A DNA stretch of 64,000 bases from contig NW_026781892.1 in NCBI RefSeq assembly GCF_031769215.1, positions 124,001 to 188,000 on the forward strand. Reading direction: 5' to 3'. The DNA comes from Ylistrum balloti (lineage: Eukaryota). The notes under the pieces are model-generated. The model did not search any database. It saw only the letters and a list, made by a program, of their open reading frames with translations, and was not told where the DNA came from. Shown here in pieces: positions 13,301-25,167 of this stretch. Made by a program: the position numbers and the translations under genes. The stretch's first letter is position 1; the number at the start of each line of letters is the position of its first letter.

Positions 13301-15413
13301 TGTTTGTATAATAAACTATGTATTAACAGACAGTCATCTAACTCAGTGCTCCAGATAACTTTTTGACATGTGGGGTTTTCACTCCTACCTTTATAAATTG
13401 AGGGGTTTTTTCACCCCTGCCTTCATCAAGTGTATGGGTTTTTCCATATTAGGGTAACACTGAATTTGTAAACATTTTTGACAGCGCCATATTTGCTATG
13501 CGACTGGTTTATAATCACGATCAAGAAAGCGCTTGTTACGAGTTTCGTTTACTTGATAAGTGTCTGTTTGACTTAGATTATTGAGTTTTCTAACTACGTA
13601 ATATTGGAGCCGGACATTGACGCAGAGTCCGGATTTCGCACGGGTTAATGACGCAAATCTTTTTTTTTTCCTAGCGTGAAATTAGAAATATTGTGCGTGA
13701 AAACGCATTCACGCAGGCTATCTGGAGCACTGTAACTCCTGTATAATTATTGTAGTAAGTCTCAGTACATCTTATATAAACTTTGTAGTAAGACAAAGCA
13801 ACTTAATTCAAATATAAAATCTAGGGTAAAGCACAGCCACCTACTTCATATCCCCTGTAATCCACCTCCACATCATCTCCATATACATTGATTTGCTGGT
13901 TGGCATTATTGAAGACAGTTGCTACAACAAAAAAGAGTTTTTAATCATAATGAGAGAGAACAAAATCACCATCATTAATAAAATATCAGTGAGATGATTG
14001 AACATTTTGACAACTAACTTGACCTATCTAGCAGTGAATTGTGATATACCTACGTGTCCAAGGACTGTGGTAACTGGTGGAGGACTGTGAGGTGTGGATA
14101 ATTGTGAGGTACCCACATGGTGGAAGATTGAGAAGTATATATCTAGTGAAGGATTGTGAGGTACAGACCTAGTGGAGGATTGTGAGGTATGTATCTCGAG
14201 GAGGATTGAGAGGCATCTTCCTGGCTGAGGAAAGTGAGTTACCTTCCTTGCTCTGGATTGTGAGATACCTAACTGGCTGAGGATTTCAAGGTACTTCCAT
14301 GGTCACAGCTTATGTGGTACCTACCTGGTCGTGGATTGCGGGGATTACAGGCCATATCATCAGCTACCATCAGGATAATTTGACTGTTGAAGAAGATATG
14401 CTTTCATATCACATCAAGTATTGAATTCTAATGAAAAGAAGGTAACAACAATACACAGAGATGTATTCAATGATCAAGTGGAATTCAAATTCATTAATAA
14501 ATTTTGGAATTGAAAAAGACAATGAATCATTAATCATCAATTAATCAATATATAACAGTTACAGCTATATTAAGCATTAAATTGATGAAATAAAATTATA
14601 TTGCTGATGGAGATATCCACTGTTAAAGCCATAGATATTTATCATACACAAAAACATGATGAAGCAAATTCAGCATTAATAAGATCAGGCTCAGGTTTTA
14701 CACCCATGGGTAGTTGTATAGTAACATGTATATGGAGACTGACCTGTCAGGGATGCCCAAACGTTTGACACTTCTGTAGATGGACAACACATTAGCCACA
14801 TGGCGGTAGTTGAACCAGAATCTGGAGGTGTCCACAAGCACAGCCCAATTGTTTGTATGGCCACTGGTGAAAAATTCATCCGGATTGACCTGAAATGTTG
14901 AAGTCCTACTAATAACCGGTAGTATTTAATATGAACCAGTTTTTCACGTAAAGTGGAGAAAAATCATGAACTCTTAAGGTTGTTAATTACGAGTGTAAAT
15001 CACAATAATTTATTGAATAAAACAATTATGCATTATCGTTCAAAACTGACAGGAATACGTACCACCCGAAAATATAACTAAGGTACCTAAATACTGGACG
15101 TAAAACGCGTTATTTAATGAATAAATAACTAACTAACTAAATAAAAATACTGGGGACTTATTATATCGTAATCGACCGGGAAGGAAATGTTTTCGTCAAA
15201 TCCGGTAACTTCACAATATCGTCGATACGTTGGCAATCTGAAAAGCGAATTTCTCAAAGCGAATGATTTATTAAACATTAACAATAGCGGAGAGTGCCAG
15301 CACAGAGGAAAGGTTCTTACCGATTCAGAATGTGTATGCAAAATAAACAGTGTCAATAAAATCGCTACTTGGAAATACCGACAGCACCCCGGAACTCGTA
15401 TGGGAGCTGCCAT
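7268..15413 (-). CDS. PIGK: GPI-anchor transamidase catalytic subunit (caspase/legumain-like C13 peptidase), complete 10-exon CDS, about 353 aa
   Basis: Exons assembled by hand with GT-AG boundaries and consistent phases: 15413-15321, 14889-14744, 14383-14325, 13921-13845, 13239-13128, 10890-10794, 10004-9887, 8389-8279, 7916-7738, 7337-7268 (1062 nt). Diagnostic motifs: [32 protein letters not shown], catalytic GHGG and [21 protein letters not shown]. Confidence 0.96.
7738..7916 (-). CDS. PIGK: PIGK exon 9 ([42 protein letters not shown]...)
   Basis: 179 nt, phase 0 to 2; the donor position at 7737 is inferred from phase. Confidence 0.9.
8279..8389 (-). CDS. PIGK: PIGK exon 8 ([37 protein letters not shown])
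   Basis: 111 nt, phase 0, GTAAGT donor. Confidence 0.94.
8810..8950. repeat. (TA)n-rich compound repeat
   Basis: atattactgtatac(at)n units. Confidence 0.9.
9887..10004 (-). CDS. PIGK: PIGK exon 7 ([40 protein letters not shown]; catalytic Cys)
   Basis: 118 nt, phase 2 to 0, GT-AG. Confidence 0.95.
10155..10405. repeat. 46-bp minisatellite, about 6 copies
   Basis: agcagtacatatagtaatacccagcaataatggaatagtccataat. Confidence 0.95.
10794..10890 (-). CDS. PIGK: PIGK exon 6 ([32 protein letters not shown]; catalytic His)
   Basis: 97 nt, phase 1 to 2; 3' end of track ORF 10790-11242. Confidence 0.95.
10885..12080 (-). repeat. ~34/35-bp minisatellite containing the PIGK exon 6 splice acceptor, about 35 copies
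   Basis: Minus-strand unit gtctggtgttttggtgcag|gtcatggcattacat. Confidence 0.95.
12080..13090. repeat. 20-21-bp minisatellite
   Basis: gtgtattctgtggtgataggt variants. Confidence 0.93.
13128..13239 (-). CDS. PIGK: PIGK exon 5 ([37 protein letters not shown])
   Basis: 112 nt, phase 0 to 1, GT-AG. Confidence 0.95.
13344..13732. mobile_element. MITE (389 bp) with CAG-starting TIRs and 5-bp TSD, hAT5-like
   Basis: TIR CAGTGCTCCAGATA (13344-13357) / TATCTGGAGCACTG (13719-13732), flanked by TAACT on both sides; in PIGK intron 4. Confidence 0.8.
13845..13921 (-). CDS. PIGK: PIGK exon 4 ([26 protein letters not shown])
   Basis: 77 nt, phase 1 to 0, GT-AG. Confidence 0.94.
14040..14340. repeat. Degenerate ~26-bp repeat related to the PIGK exon 3 donor junction
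   Basis: ggattgtgaggtacctacctggt-like units abutting the exon end. Confidence 0.65.
14325..14383 (-). CDS. PIGK: PIGK exon 3 ([20 protein letters not shown])
   Basis: 59 nt, phase 2 to 1; contains the Cys that links to PIG-T in orthologues. Confidence 0.93.
14744..14889 (-). CDS. PIGK: PIGK exon 2 ([48 protein letters not shown])
   Basis: tttcag acceptor, gtcagt donor, conserved GPI8 sequence. Confidence 0.95.
15321..15413 (-). CDS. PIGK: PIGK exon 1 (signal peptide [31 protein letters not shown])
   Basis: ATG at 15413, hydrophobic signal peptide, GTAAGA donor, 93 nt, phase 0. Confidence 0.88.
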
Positions 15414-15425
15414 TTTGAAGTATAA

Positions 15426-15494
15426 GAATGTGACATTCTGCAGCTCTGAATTTTTTAGTCAGCTTCTAAAATTTATCTTTAGTTTCGTATTTTT
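15426..15494 (+). repeat. Left terminal inverted repeat (69 bp)
   Basis: gaatgtgacattctgcagctctgaattttttagtcagctt...tttagtttcgtattttt; reverse complement of 31117-31185 with 8 mismatches. Confidence 0.88.
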
Positions 15495-17829
15495 ACTGCG
15501 ATTGCGCATCTCACTCACTTCCGTATGCAAAATTGATTTGCCGCGAATATTTTAAACCGAATACAGTGAAATGTTACGACAGCAATTAATTCCCTGTTGA
15601 TTACCGTGGTAATGCATTTATTACAACGCTATGCTATTGCCAAATTAATGTTTTGTTTAGTTTTATACACCTCATATGGTGTTTGATATTTTACCACAAA
15701 TGAAACCCGCCCACCCACATTTATTTGAATCTTCGCTGGCCATTAAAAAGTCGTAGTTATATTTTCCGTCAGAGTTTGATGCATACATATAGTCATAGTT
15801 TCACTGTTAGAAAATAATAGAATTTGGTTTCCATGAAAGGTGTTCTGTACTGAACGTATGATACATTGTATTATACGTCCCTGGTATTTATTTCATTTTT
15901 TTATTCGTCCTTGTTTCAGTCATCCAGTGTTCTCCTGCCTGGAACCATCACGACCATGGATGACCATTTGTAATCTTTGGTAATCTAAAAAAAAAAAATC
16001 ACAATGGAAACAAACTTGTAATCGTGTTATATCACTGTGACAAGTGAGCTGGCTGGTTCCAATGGCATGACTAAATTTATTTGACAGTTCTACATGGATA
16101 GCCTGAATGTGTGTATTTCATGTTTCTGTGTCATATACATAATAAAATGAAGGAAACCCTATCTCATTACAATAGTATGTTAATTATATTCAAATTGTTT
16201 TAGACATTATGATGTATAGATTCTATGTTATAAGGAAAGGGCGTTAACAATACATTACTTGTCTTCTGACAATAAAAAACTGGAAAAATGAAAGGTCAAC
16301 TGTGAAAAACAGATAAACGGATATCAAAGAATGTCTTCACTGCATTTTTGAGAATGCATAGCAATCTACACAATCCATGTATTGAATTAATGAAAATGCA
16401 TAAACACTCATATAAGATCCATATTACTGACCACAGGTGTTGACATCCTGGGGTTTATACAGAGAGCCTATAGGACTTGCTCATAATGTCAAATATTTGT
16501 ATACTTCTGCAAATAGAAGAGAAATTTTAAAAAGGTTTACATTACTTTCCAAGTTCTAGTTCAAGTTTATTGGATCCTCAGATACATGGAAAAAAGAGTA
16601 AAATAAATGGCTAATAATAATGTATTAATGATACGCATCATCTTTTTAACATTTTACCAATAGAAATAGAGATGAAAAAACAATATAGTTAATATACCGT
16701 GTGTACGTTGGTAGAAGCAACCAATAGCCACTCTATACTGTGCTAATTCATTACCCATGGTCATCAAAAGTTACATATGTAAAAGAGTAGCCACCAGTTC
16801 CATCCACCAAAGTTTTACAGTTTGTCAGACTATTGACAATATACCCAGTATTGAGTATAACATAGAGGAGATAAGAACAGAAAAGTCTTAAGATAGGAGA
16901 TAAAGGAAAATAAAATAGGAAAATGTAAAGAGAACACATGGATATCATAGGAGTATCAGGTAGTGTGGTGGAGAACAGATATAACAAACATACAAATTCC
17001 AAGTTTGTAATATAACTTCAGACAAATACTTAATTCGTAATATAGCACCAAACTAATACTAATCTTCAGACGCATACTAAATTATTAATCTTAACATCAG
17101 AAATCGACCAAATTTGTAATAATAATTTCTGATACTGACTTTGTAATATAACATCATAAAATCACCCCTTTGTCATATAACCAACACTATTGAAATGTAT
17201 ACAATAACACACGTGTATACTATACACGCCTATGAAAACGACGATTTTTTTTATGCTTGTCTTCGACGAAGTTCGAGCGTTTTATTTGACGCTGTCGCCA
17301 TTATAGAAAGGTTATTTTTTTACTGTTTTTTTATTAATTTAAATATAACTAATCAGTCACTGAACAAAAATAAAGTACAACATGCAGTAGCAGATATACC
17401 GACATTTTACCTGTAGAATTTTGACGTCCTGACCGAGAATCGACACGGAAAGGACAACGGTTGGAAAATATACATGTATGACAGTATCAAGGCTTGATAT
17501 TTTCCCCGGTTTTGTAAAATATTCGTCCGTCCATTGTCCATAGTGAATGGATGTGGTTGTCTTGTCGCAGTTTATTTAACCGACCGACAAGGGCAGATCT
17601 TGGCTTGGTTAGACTTTCCGTTATACATATTTTGTCTTTGAGATTTTTACAAAGTTTTTTGTTCTGGAAGACCTTGTGTCGGTCAGAGTATCTGACAAAC
17701 CGCGCAATTATCGTTGTCGTGCCATTCCTTATACCTCCAAGAATATGAGACCTGGATAAATCATCTCGAGTAAGGTTTACTTTGATTTCGCGGGCAATGT
17801 TTATAACTGCATCATGAGTATCGAATGAC

Positions 17830-18344
17830 GATATATCTCCCCTGGGGACAGGGACATTGTGATCAGGGCGGTACGTCTAGAGTACTGCTGTTGGTCTTCT
17901 AGTTCCATTTCGAGTTCTCCTATCTTGGATTTTAGTAAGTTCAATTCTGATGCTTGATTTTGGATACGGTCAATGAGTGGAGTTACGTCGTCATTTACAT
18001 GTTTGGTGACTATACTACTCAGTTGGCTATCATTGTTAATGACAGAATTACACTGCACTTTGTATGAGGGGCTGGATAGTGTGAGTAAGCGACTGTTCAA
18101 TTAAATTAGAGACCATTGTTGCTATGGTTGGAGCAAGCATCTGCGCAAAATCGTGCATGAATCCTGACGTAAACATCGAATCATCATTACTAGTCGATCC
18201 TAGGTCAGCACGCTTATTTTCTACTATCTCGGGGGACAGCGGACTGGACATTTGTTTCCGTTTGTCTTTCAAATGTTCGCTAACAGGGGTTGCAAAAACT
18301 AGGGCCTGCTGTAATACGCAGACACGAATCGTCCTTCGACGCAC
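17830..18344 (-). mobile_element. Non-LTR retrotransposon ORF1 fragment (frameshifted, truncated)
   Basis: ORFs 18048-18344 and 17801-18100: KRKQMSSPLSPE N-terminus, coiled coil, and the ELEDQQQYSRR motif typical of LINE ORF1. Confidence 0.55.
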
Positions 18345-19344
18345 TCATCATAAACTTCTGACTACCATACAAATAAAAGTATATCGAAGTCCGTGCAGTG
18401 CTCAATATTATCGATAATGTCGACGTGACTTTATTTAGAATAGGTCACCTTACACTCAGGTATACAAATCACAAATTTGTCAATATTCAAACTATTGCAT
18501 ATCTTGTACAAAAATTTTTGGTCCAATTACATTAAAAAGTTCCTCATGCACACTTACTAGGTTTCAAATTTCAGAAAAACATTCCTTAATATCCGTAATT
18601 AGAAAAAATTATTACCACCACACAAACACCGGTCAGCTCACTCAGGCCATCACGTTTTCCACGCCCTATCACACCAATAAATTACAAAACAAAAATATAT
18701 CGATATCATCGTCATCAAACTCTTGAAATTTTCATCTTTGCGTCCAATGTGTGTTTTTTTTTAGATAAATTTAAGAACCAGGCTTTCCTGGGGCGCTTTA
18801 TTGTTTCAATAACACAGTGTACACCTGAGCTGTGCGTCAGGCACGTGCAAGAATTTTGCGTCCCAAGATTGTATTGACCAATGAAAACGTTAAAGAAAAG
18901 GGACAAGCAATGAGCTTGGACTATTGTGAAATCTGCTCAGTGCTGCGACAAAATGTTAAGCGTTGGGCACGAGACTGGTCATTCAGAAAACACCTGCTGC
19001 GAAACCGACATGTAAGTGACATTTTTCTCATATATTCATGTACTAAGTGTAAAACTTGAAGAAATAAGAATTCCTTTATGTTTTAAACATACCTTTAAGA
19101 TGTATGTTGTGACTGTAGCGTATACACACACGAGAAATAGTACATGTTTGTCCCTTTGTGCGACCCAGTGTGGCCATACAAATCTTATTGTACTCTTGTC
19201 GTGTTGATATCTCATTCTTTTCACGGGAATAACAGAACATTTGTGAGTTCTTACAGCTAAAGAGAGTCTCGCCATAGTCATGTCGTAGTTTAAATTAAAA
19301 CATTGTGATAACCATGGAAATAATTTGTGAGGGAAATTACTGTT

Positions 19345-20090
19345 TTCTGGTATAACAAAGAAACCTTTTAGTCCTAAGATGTATGAAGCCCCCAGTCCTA
19401 TAAAGGTTAATGGGCGGGGTCATTTCTGCTTTCTTATTTATAACAAAACGAATAGTCCTAAGGGGTAAGGATAGCCACCCCAGTCCTATATAATATTTGG
19501 TTTATTGTTGTTTTACGTCCTATCGACAACTAAGGTCATTTAAGGACGTGCCAGGTTTAGATGGTGGAGGAAGCCGGAGTACCTGGGGAAAACCACCGAC
19601 CTGCGGTCAGTACCTGGCAACTGCCCCACGTGAGCCTCGAACACGCGACCCAGAGGTGGAGGGATATAGTGATTAATGACATTACGCCTTAGCCACTTGG
19701 CCACCGCGACCCCCTATATAATATAATGGGCGGGACCATTACTGCTTTCTGTTATAACAAAACGAATAGTCCTAAGGGGTAAGGATTGCCCCCAGTCCTA
19801 TATAAAGGTTCATGAGCGGGATCATTACTGCTTTCTGTTATAAAAGACTAGTAGTCCTCAGGGGTAATGGAGGCCTCAGTCCTATATATAGGTTTTAGGA
19901 CGCGACCATTACTGGTTTCTATTAATAACAAGAGACTCAGTCCTCAGGGGTAAGGATAATCCTCAGTCCATACATAGGTTTAAGGACGGAACCATTACTG
20001 CTTTCTATTATTACAAGTGTTTAATAGTCCTAAGGGGTAAGGATAGTCCCTTCATTATTGATCCCTGTTATAACAAAGAGACTAACATCC
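19345..20090. repeat. Degenerate ~85-bp tandem repeat interrupted by the SINE
   Basis: ataacaaaacgaatagtcctaaggggtaagg...cagtcctatata...ccattactgctttc units. Confidence 0.8.
19497..19714 (-). mobile_element. tRNA-derived SINE (V-domain-like central motif), full length, 218 bp
   Basis: Minus strand: A-box GGTGGCCAAGTGG, B-box-like GTTCGAG, motif GGTTTTCCCCAGGTACTCCGGCTTCCTCC, A-rich tail; 10-bp TSD TATATAATAT (19487-19496 / 19715-19724). Confidence 0.85.
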
Positions 20091-21645
20091 CTAAGTGTAT
20101 AGACGTAAGTCTCGGCCTCCTGGGGAGGGAGGAGCTGGACACAATATGGGAAAGTGAGTGAATGCTTAAAATCCTAGCCCTCCTATCGTTATTCTGGATT
20201 TATATTGCAGATGTTTTACCCTCGTTTCCAACAGCTGATCAAAATATTCCATATCGAATTAAAAAAAATACGATAATAACAAAAAATTGTAATGGCCACT
20301 CACTGTAATGGTGACTTAGCCAGTCTTTGATACAAATGTCATAAATTTTCTGGTTTTAAGAGTTTCAAGTACTCAACAATGTTTCTTCCGAAATCCATTT
20401 CGATTTATGGCCAACTGCAGGGAGCGGGTGATATATTTCATTTTTTTTTTAGTTTTAGTGTTTGCAGTTTTATTACTGGTGGACATTGTTGAAATTGGTC
20501 ACATGACTGTTTAGGTCCAGGGGCCCCTTGTTAAAGAGAAAACATCCATCAGTTGCTTGTTTTATAATCTTAATAAGCTTCAGTACATGAAAGATAAGGA
20601 ATACAGGCTCAATTAGCATTTGGATTTCCAATTTTTGCAGCTCTGTTTCTGTCAAATTAGTTTAAGCATTCAGTTAGATTTCTTGCAATGATTGCATCAA
20701 CTGAATGAAAGCAGAATTTTATTTGAAATGTAATACTTGTAAAGTTTTGATAAAGATAACTTCAAGAAAAAAATAATTTTGGAAATCAAGAGATTTCAAC
20801 ACAAATCAACAATATTTTACAGATGGATCCTTGAAGGAGCTGACCTGGTGTGGATGTACTAGACCTCACATGGCTGCATTGGATTCTGCATTGGATTGGA
20901 GAATTACGGCTACTGGTTGAAAAAATAATCTGCTACAAAATTGAATCAAGACGACAATGTTGATGATGAAGATTAATGAAGATGATGATTGGGATCAATA
21001 CTACCGGCAGGTGTAATTCGGTGTGTATTCTTTGGTTGAGATTGTGATAATAGACACTAACAGTGTTTCTCTTTAACTGCCCCATCCAATCCAACCCGGC
21101 CATTGTCTATATTTGCAATATTACCGGCAAGTTTGGCCTCTGGTATCGTTTGTTGTGATTCAGTGGGTATTCCTCATAATATTTTACGGCTTAATACTGC
21201 GATGAGCTGACCATGCATGGCTGTACTGGAGCTGTTGTAGCTGATTACCTTCGCCTGGCTGCCCTGGATTGGAGGATCATGGCTGTAGGTTGCAGTGAGG
21301 TACATTTGTACCGAGTTTAGGTTTGTTTTGATTAATTGAATAATTGGTGGGCTTACAAAGGTGTTCAATTTGATCACGATGAATGTCAAATAGTGTGAAT
21401 GTTTTGTTGAAAACTCTTCTAAAATCATTTGTGTGTGATTTTTTTTTTAGATTTTTTGTCGAAATAATCACCATGGTGGTGGATTATCACCGATTTTACC
21501 AAAACTGGTGTGTATTTAGTGTTTTTGTTGATAATCTAAAATAATTGATAATCTTATAATAATGTTTTACAGCTTAATCCAGGGTTGCCCTGGATTGGAG
21601 GGTCGTGGCTGAAGGTTGCAGTGAAGCTTTCTTTACAACATTACA

Positions 21646-22860
21646 CAGCCTGCAAATCAGGCATTCGATTTTTCGTCCATAGCGGCGTTCGGTTATCAAC
21701 GGTTTTATCCCCATCTTTGGTAAGACGGTGTTATTATCAATTAATCAAATATATTCACACTTCTCAGACTTATATATTGCAGGTCCGGCGACAGGTACAG
21801 GCCGACGTCCCTGGAAGTGAACTGGTCGGTCAGGTACATTTTTACCAAAATAGAGGTACGTAGGCTCTCTCTTCTAAACCTGTTGAAGGAATGAAGTCTA
21901 TATTGTGTGTCAGACTGAAGTTCTTACAAGGCTACATTTAGACCCTACTGGGAACTCTAGCAATTGGAGGACTGGACGAAGTTGGTTTTTTCATCAGGTC
22001 CGCTCAAACTGTGTACTTCTCCAACATCGCAAGTTCCTTCGGCAGGTAAATGTCCGTGAGTCGTATACAGATATTTCTCCGAACATGTGGGGATTTCAGT
22101 TGGCACGCATTCAGTGCAGAAATCGTTATTCCATACACACTCATGGGATGAGAATGTTTTGTATGTGGCTTAGCAGGGTTTTCTTGCTTTGAGGGGTTGT
22201 GAAACAGGAGTCGAATACGGTGCGACTCGGCTGATAGATCGACCGAGTTCATAATTCGATTGTGACGAGAGAAGGTATGGTGTTTGTTTGCGCCGAATTT
22301 GAGCTTTTTTCTGTACATGGTGTTCTCTTCCCCTGCGAACAGTGTTAAAGTTGATACAAGCAGCGGAGCTTTGTTTTCAACAATACGCGGCCTGCAAATC
22401 ACAGGCAATCGGTTTTTCGTCCATAGCGGCGTTCGGTTATCGACGGTTTTACCCCCATCTTTGGTAAGACGGTGTTATTATCAATTAATCAAATATATTC
22501 ACACTTCTCAGACTTATATATTGCAGGTCCGGCGACAGGTACAGGCCGACGTCCCTGGAAGTGAACTGGTCGGTCAGGTACATTTTTACCAAAATAGAGG
22601 TACGTAGGTTCTCTCTTCTAAACCTGTTGTAGGAATGAAGTCTATATTGTGTGTCAGACTGAAGTTCTTACAAGGCTACATTCAGACCCTACTGGGAACT
22701 CTAGCAATTGGAGGACTGGACGAAGTTGGTTTTTTCATCAGGTCCGCTCAAACTGTGTACTTCTCCAACATCGCAAGTTCCTTCGGCAGGTAAATGTCCG
22801 TGAGTCGTATACAGATATTTCTCCGAACATGTGGGAATTTCAGTTGGCACGCATTCAGAG
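21646..22860. repeat. Tandem duplication, 744-bp period (about 1.6 copies)
   Basis: 21648 gcctgcaaatcaggcattcg... recurs at about 22390; the duplicated ORFs 21585-21863/22284-22607 and 21905-22192/22649-22882 are near identical. Confidence 0.9.
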
Positions 22861-23290
22861 CAGAACTCGTTGCTGTCATTGAGTTGACCATACCGTGGAT
22901 GGAAAGAACAGAAGCAGCCCATGAGAGGAAGAAAATCCAAGTATGAAGAGCTACTGGCAGAATGCAGGGAGAAAGGCTGGAAAACTTGGAACTTCCCGGT
23001 AGAGATTGGGTGTAGAGGCTTCCCAGCACCGTCTGCTTGGAGAATGCTCAGTGCACTGGGTGTTACCGGCTTCACTAGAAGAAGGGCAGTGCAGCGGCTC
23101 ACCCAGGCAGCAGAGAGGGCATCCTGTTGGGTTTGGATGAAGAGGGACGAGAGTAGCTGAAGACCCACCACCGACACGCAGTGACTGATCACCACTGTGG
23201 ACCCCCTCCCCCCATACTGAGTGTATCGAGTAAGGGGTCGAAACACGCGATGAAGGATGGCCTCGGCTGAGGACGTCGGCGGTGTAGCAG
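22855..23290 (+). mobile_element. 5'-truncated HERO/R2-clade non-LTR retrotransposon (restriction-like endonuclease C-terminus plus 3'UTR)
   Basis: VAVIELTIPWMERTEAAHERKKSKYEELLAECREKGWKTWNFPVEIGCRGF...AAERASCWVWMKR*, followed by a 3'UTR with gtcgaaacacgcgatga. Confidence 0.8.
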
Positions 23291-24597
23291 CAATTCCATC
23301 TAGCTGGTTGTACGTACCAGAACTGAGGTAAAGATAATTAACAAACCAGTTCTTGAGACAATGATGAATGGTAACTCTTTCCTACACCAGGGAAGATCTG
23401 AAAAAGATCCAAGGACATAAGAACCTATAACTGACCACCTTAGGCCGGAGGATCTCGACTGAAGGAAAGATTGTGAATATGACAATGATATACCCCTTGT
23501 ATAGACTACTGATATTAACACCCGTGGTGTAATTTGATGTAACACAAGTAAAAATGATGCTGCAGAAATATATTTGAATTAATGTGATTGTAATTATTGT
23601 AGGTGAAATAAAATGTCCGGTGGAAGGACTGAAATCTCAAATCCCGTGTCGGCGAGTCACACTTGGCACGTTAAATAGAACAGGCTAGTTAGGTATATAA
23701 TAGTTGTAGTGGTAGGTTAGGAATTCTGTGACACTCCAAATAATATATATTTTTTTCTCCCTTTCTTAAAGACAAATTGTTTTGGGCTCCAATCTTTGTA
23801 ATAAAACAAAATCGGTTATATCATTTCTGTGAGAAATTGTAAAGCACTAAAATTAAGCAATGGCAGTTTGCCTATAATTTTGCCTCTCCTTCTAATAAAA
23901 AAATCTTCTGTATTTGTTTGGGTTTGCATGAAACTGAAATGATATCCATGTTTGCTACTAAAAAAGCATGCCATGTAGTAAAACTTTTGAAATTAATAAA
24001 TCAAAAATAGTACCGGTTATATCTCTGTCTTCGACATTGCGTAAGCAGTGAAATAGATTGAATTCAACGTGATCAATGTCACAATGTCATAGGTCAAATA
24101 ATGGCAAATGTTTTATTTCTTTAAAACTTTAGAATACTTACAATGTTATAGATAATTACAGAATTATTTGGGCAGCAAATGTGATAAAAAAAACTCGCAT
24201 CAAGTACAGGCATATGCTGCACTGCAATCGGGTTTCAGTAAAAGGAAAATTAGGAACCCAATTTACAAATGCAAAAAAAGTTCTGAAATATTTGTTAAAT
24301 TCATATTGAGATAAGAATAGAATATTATTTATTTTAGAACAGATTAGATGAATAAAACTTTTTTTTTTAATGTTGCTTTTTTTTGCTAGCTTAAAGTAGT
24401 GGTCCTTTAATGAGGAGGCCTCCACGTGGCAAGGACTGGAAACAGCTTACACTCATTATTGTTAGTAGGCTGGCTGACATCCTCATGCAATATGTTGAAT
24501 TTTAGGAACAATTATAAATCATGCTTTTTATTTATTTTCAAAAGTTTTGCATGATACATAAGAAAAACAAGAAATGACATGCATACCAACATTCACG

Positions 24598-24651
<54 letters not shown>

Positions 24652-24763
24652 CAATCAATTCATCATCATCATTCTCCATCCATTCATCATCATCCATCAA
24701 TCCATTATCCTTAATCAATCCATCATCATCCTCATCCTCAATCAATCCATTATCCTCCATCCA

Positions 24764-24810
<47 letters not shown>
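24598..24810. repeat. (CAT)n compound trinucleotide microsatellite
   Basis: Two long CAT runs with a degenerate middle. Confidence 0.97.
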
Positions 24811-25167
24811 GAATGTCCATTGGTTCTATAAAGTTAGATATATCATTTCCAGCATCACAACAATGTAAGTAGTTTCTATAGACATGAAATATTGGGATAC
24901 ATTTCACCCGAGGATGAATTGCTTCATACATCGAACACCAGACTGATAAGTTGCAGTTGAGAAAGGAATTAAATTAGCTGGTTTTTCATGCTGTTGGTCT
25001 AAATAGAATGAAACGACACCAAAATGGTATACTCTTTACTTTGAATTTCAGGTAATGTTTTCAATAGTAGATATTTCTGCTTCAGGAATCATGGTTTTAT
25101 TTCAGGAATTACATCCTTTACCAACAATCAATACACACAGCATTCATCATACATATTTCGATAGTTT

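Noticed and set aside
22630-22860. Integrase zinc-finger-like LHSDPTG motif
   Set aside because: The second His and the CxxC are not found in frame.
23620-23690. SINE-tail-like fragment (ggcgagtcacacttggcacgttaaa)
   Set aside because: Too short, with no tRNA head or TSD.
24579-24812. Poly-Ser ORF
   Set aside because: (CAT)n microsatellite; the poly-Asp antisense reading is only tentatively linked to the cargo remnant.
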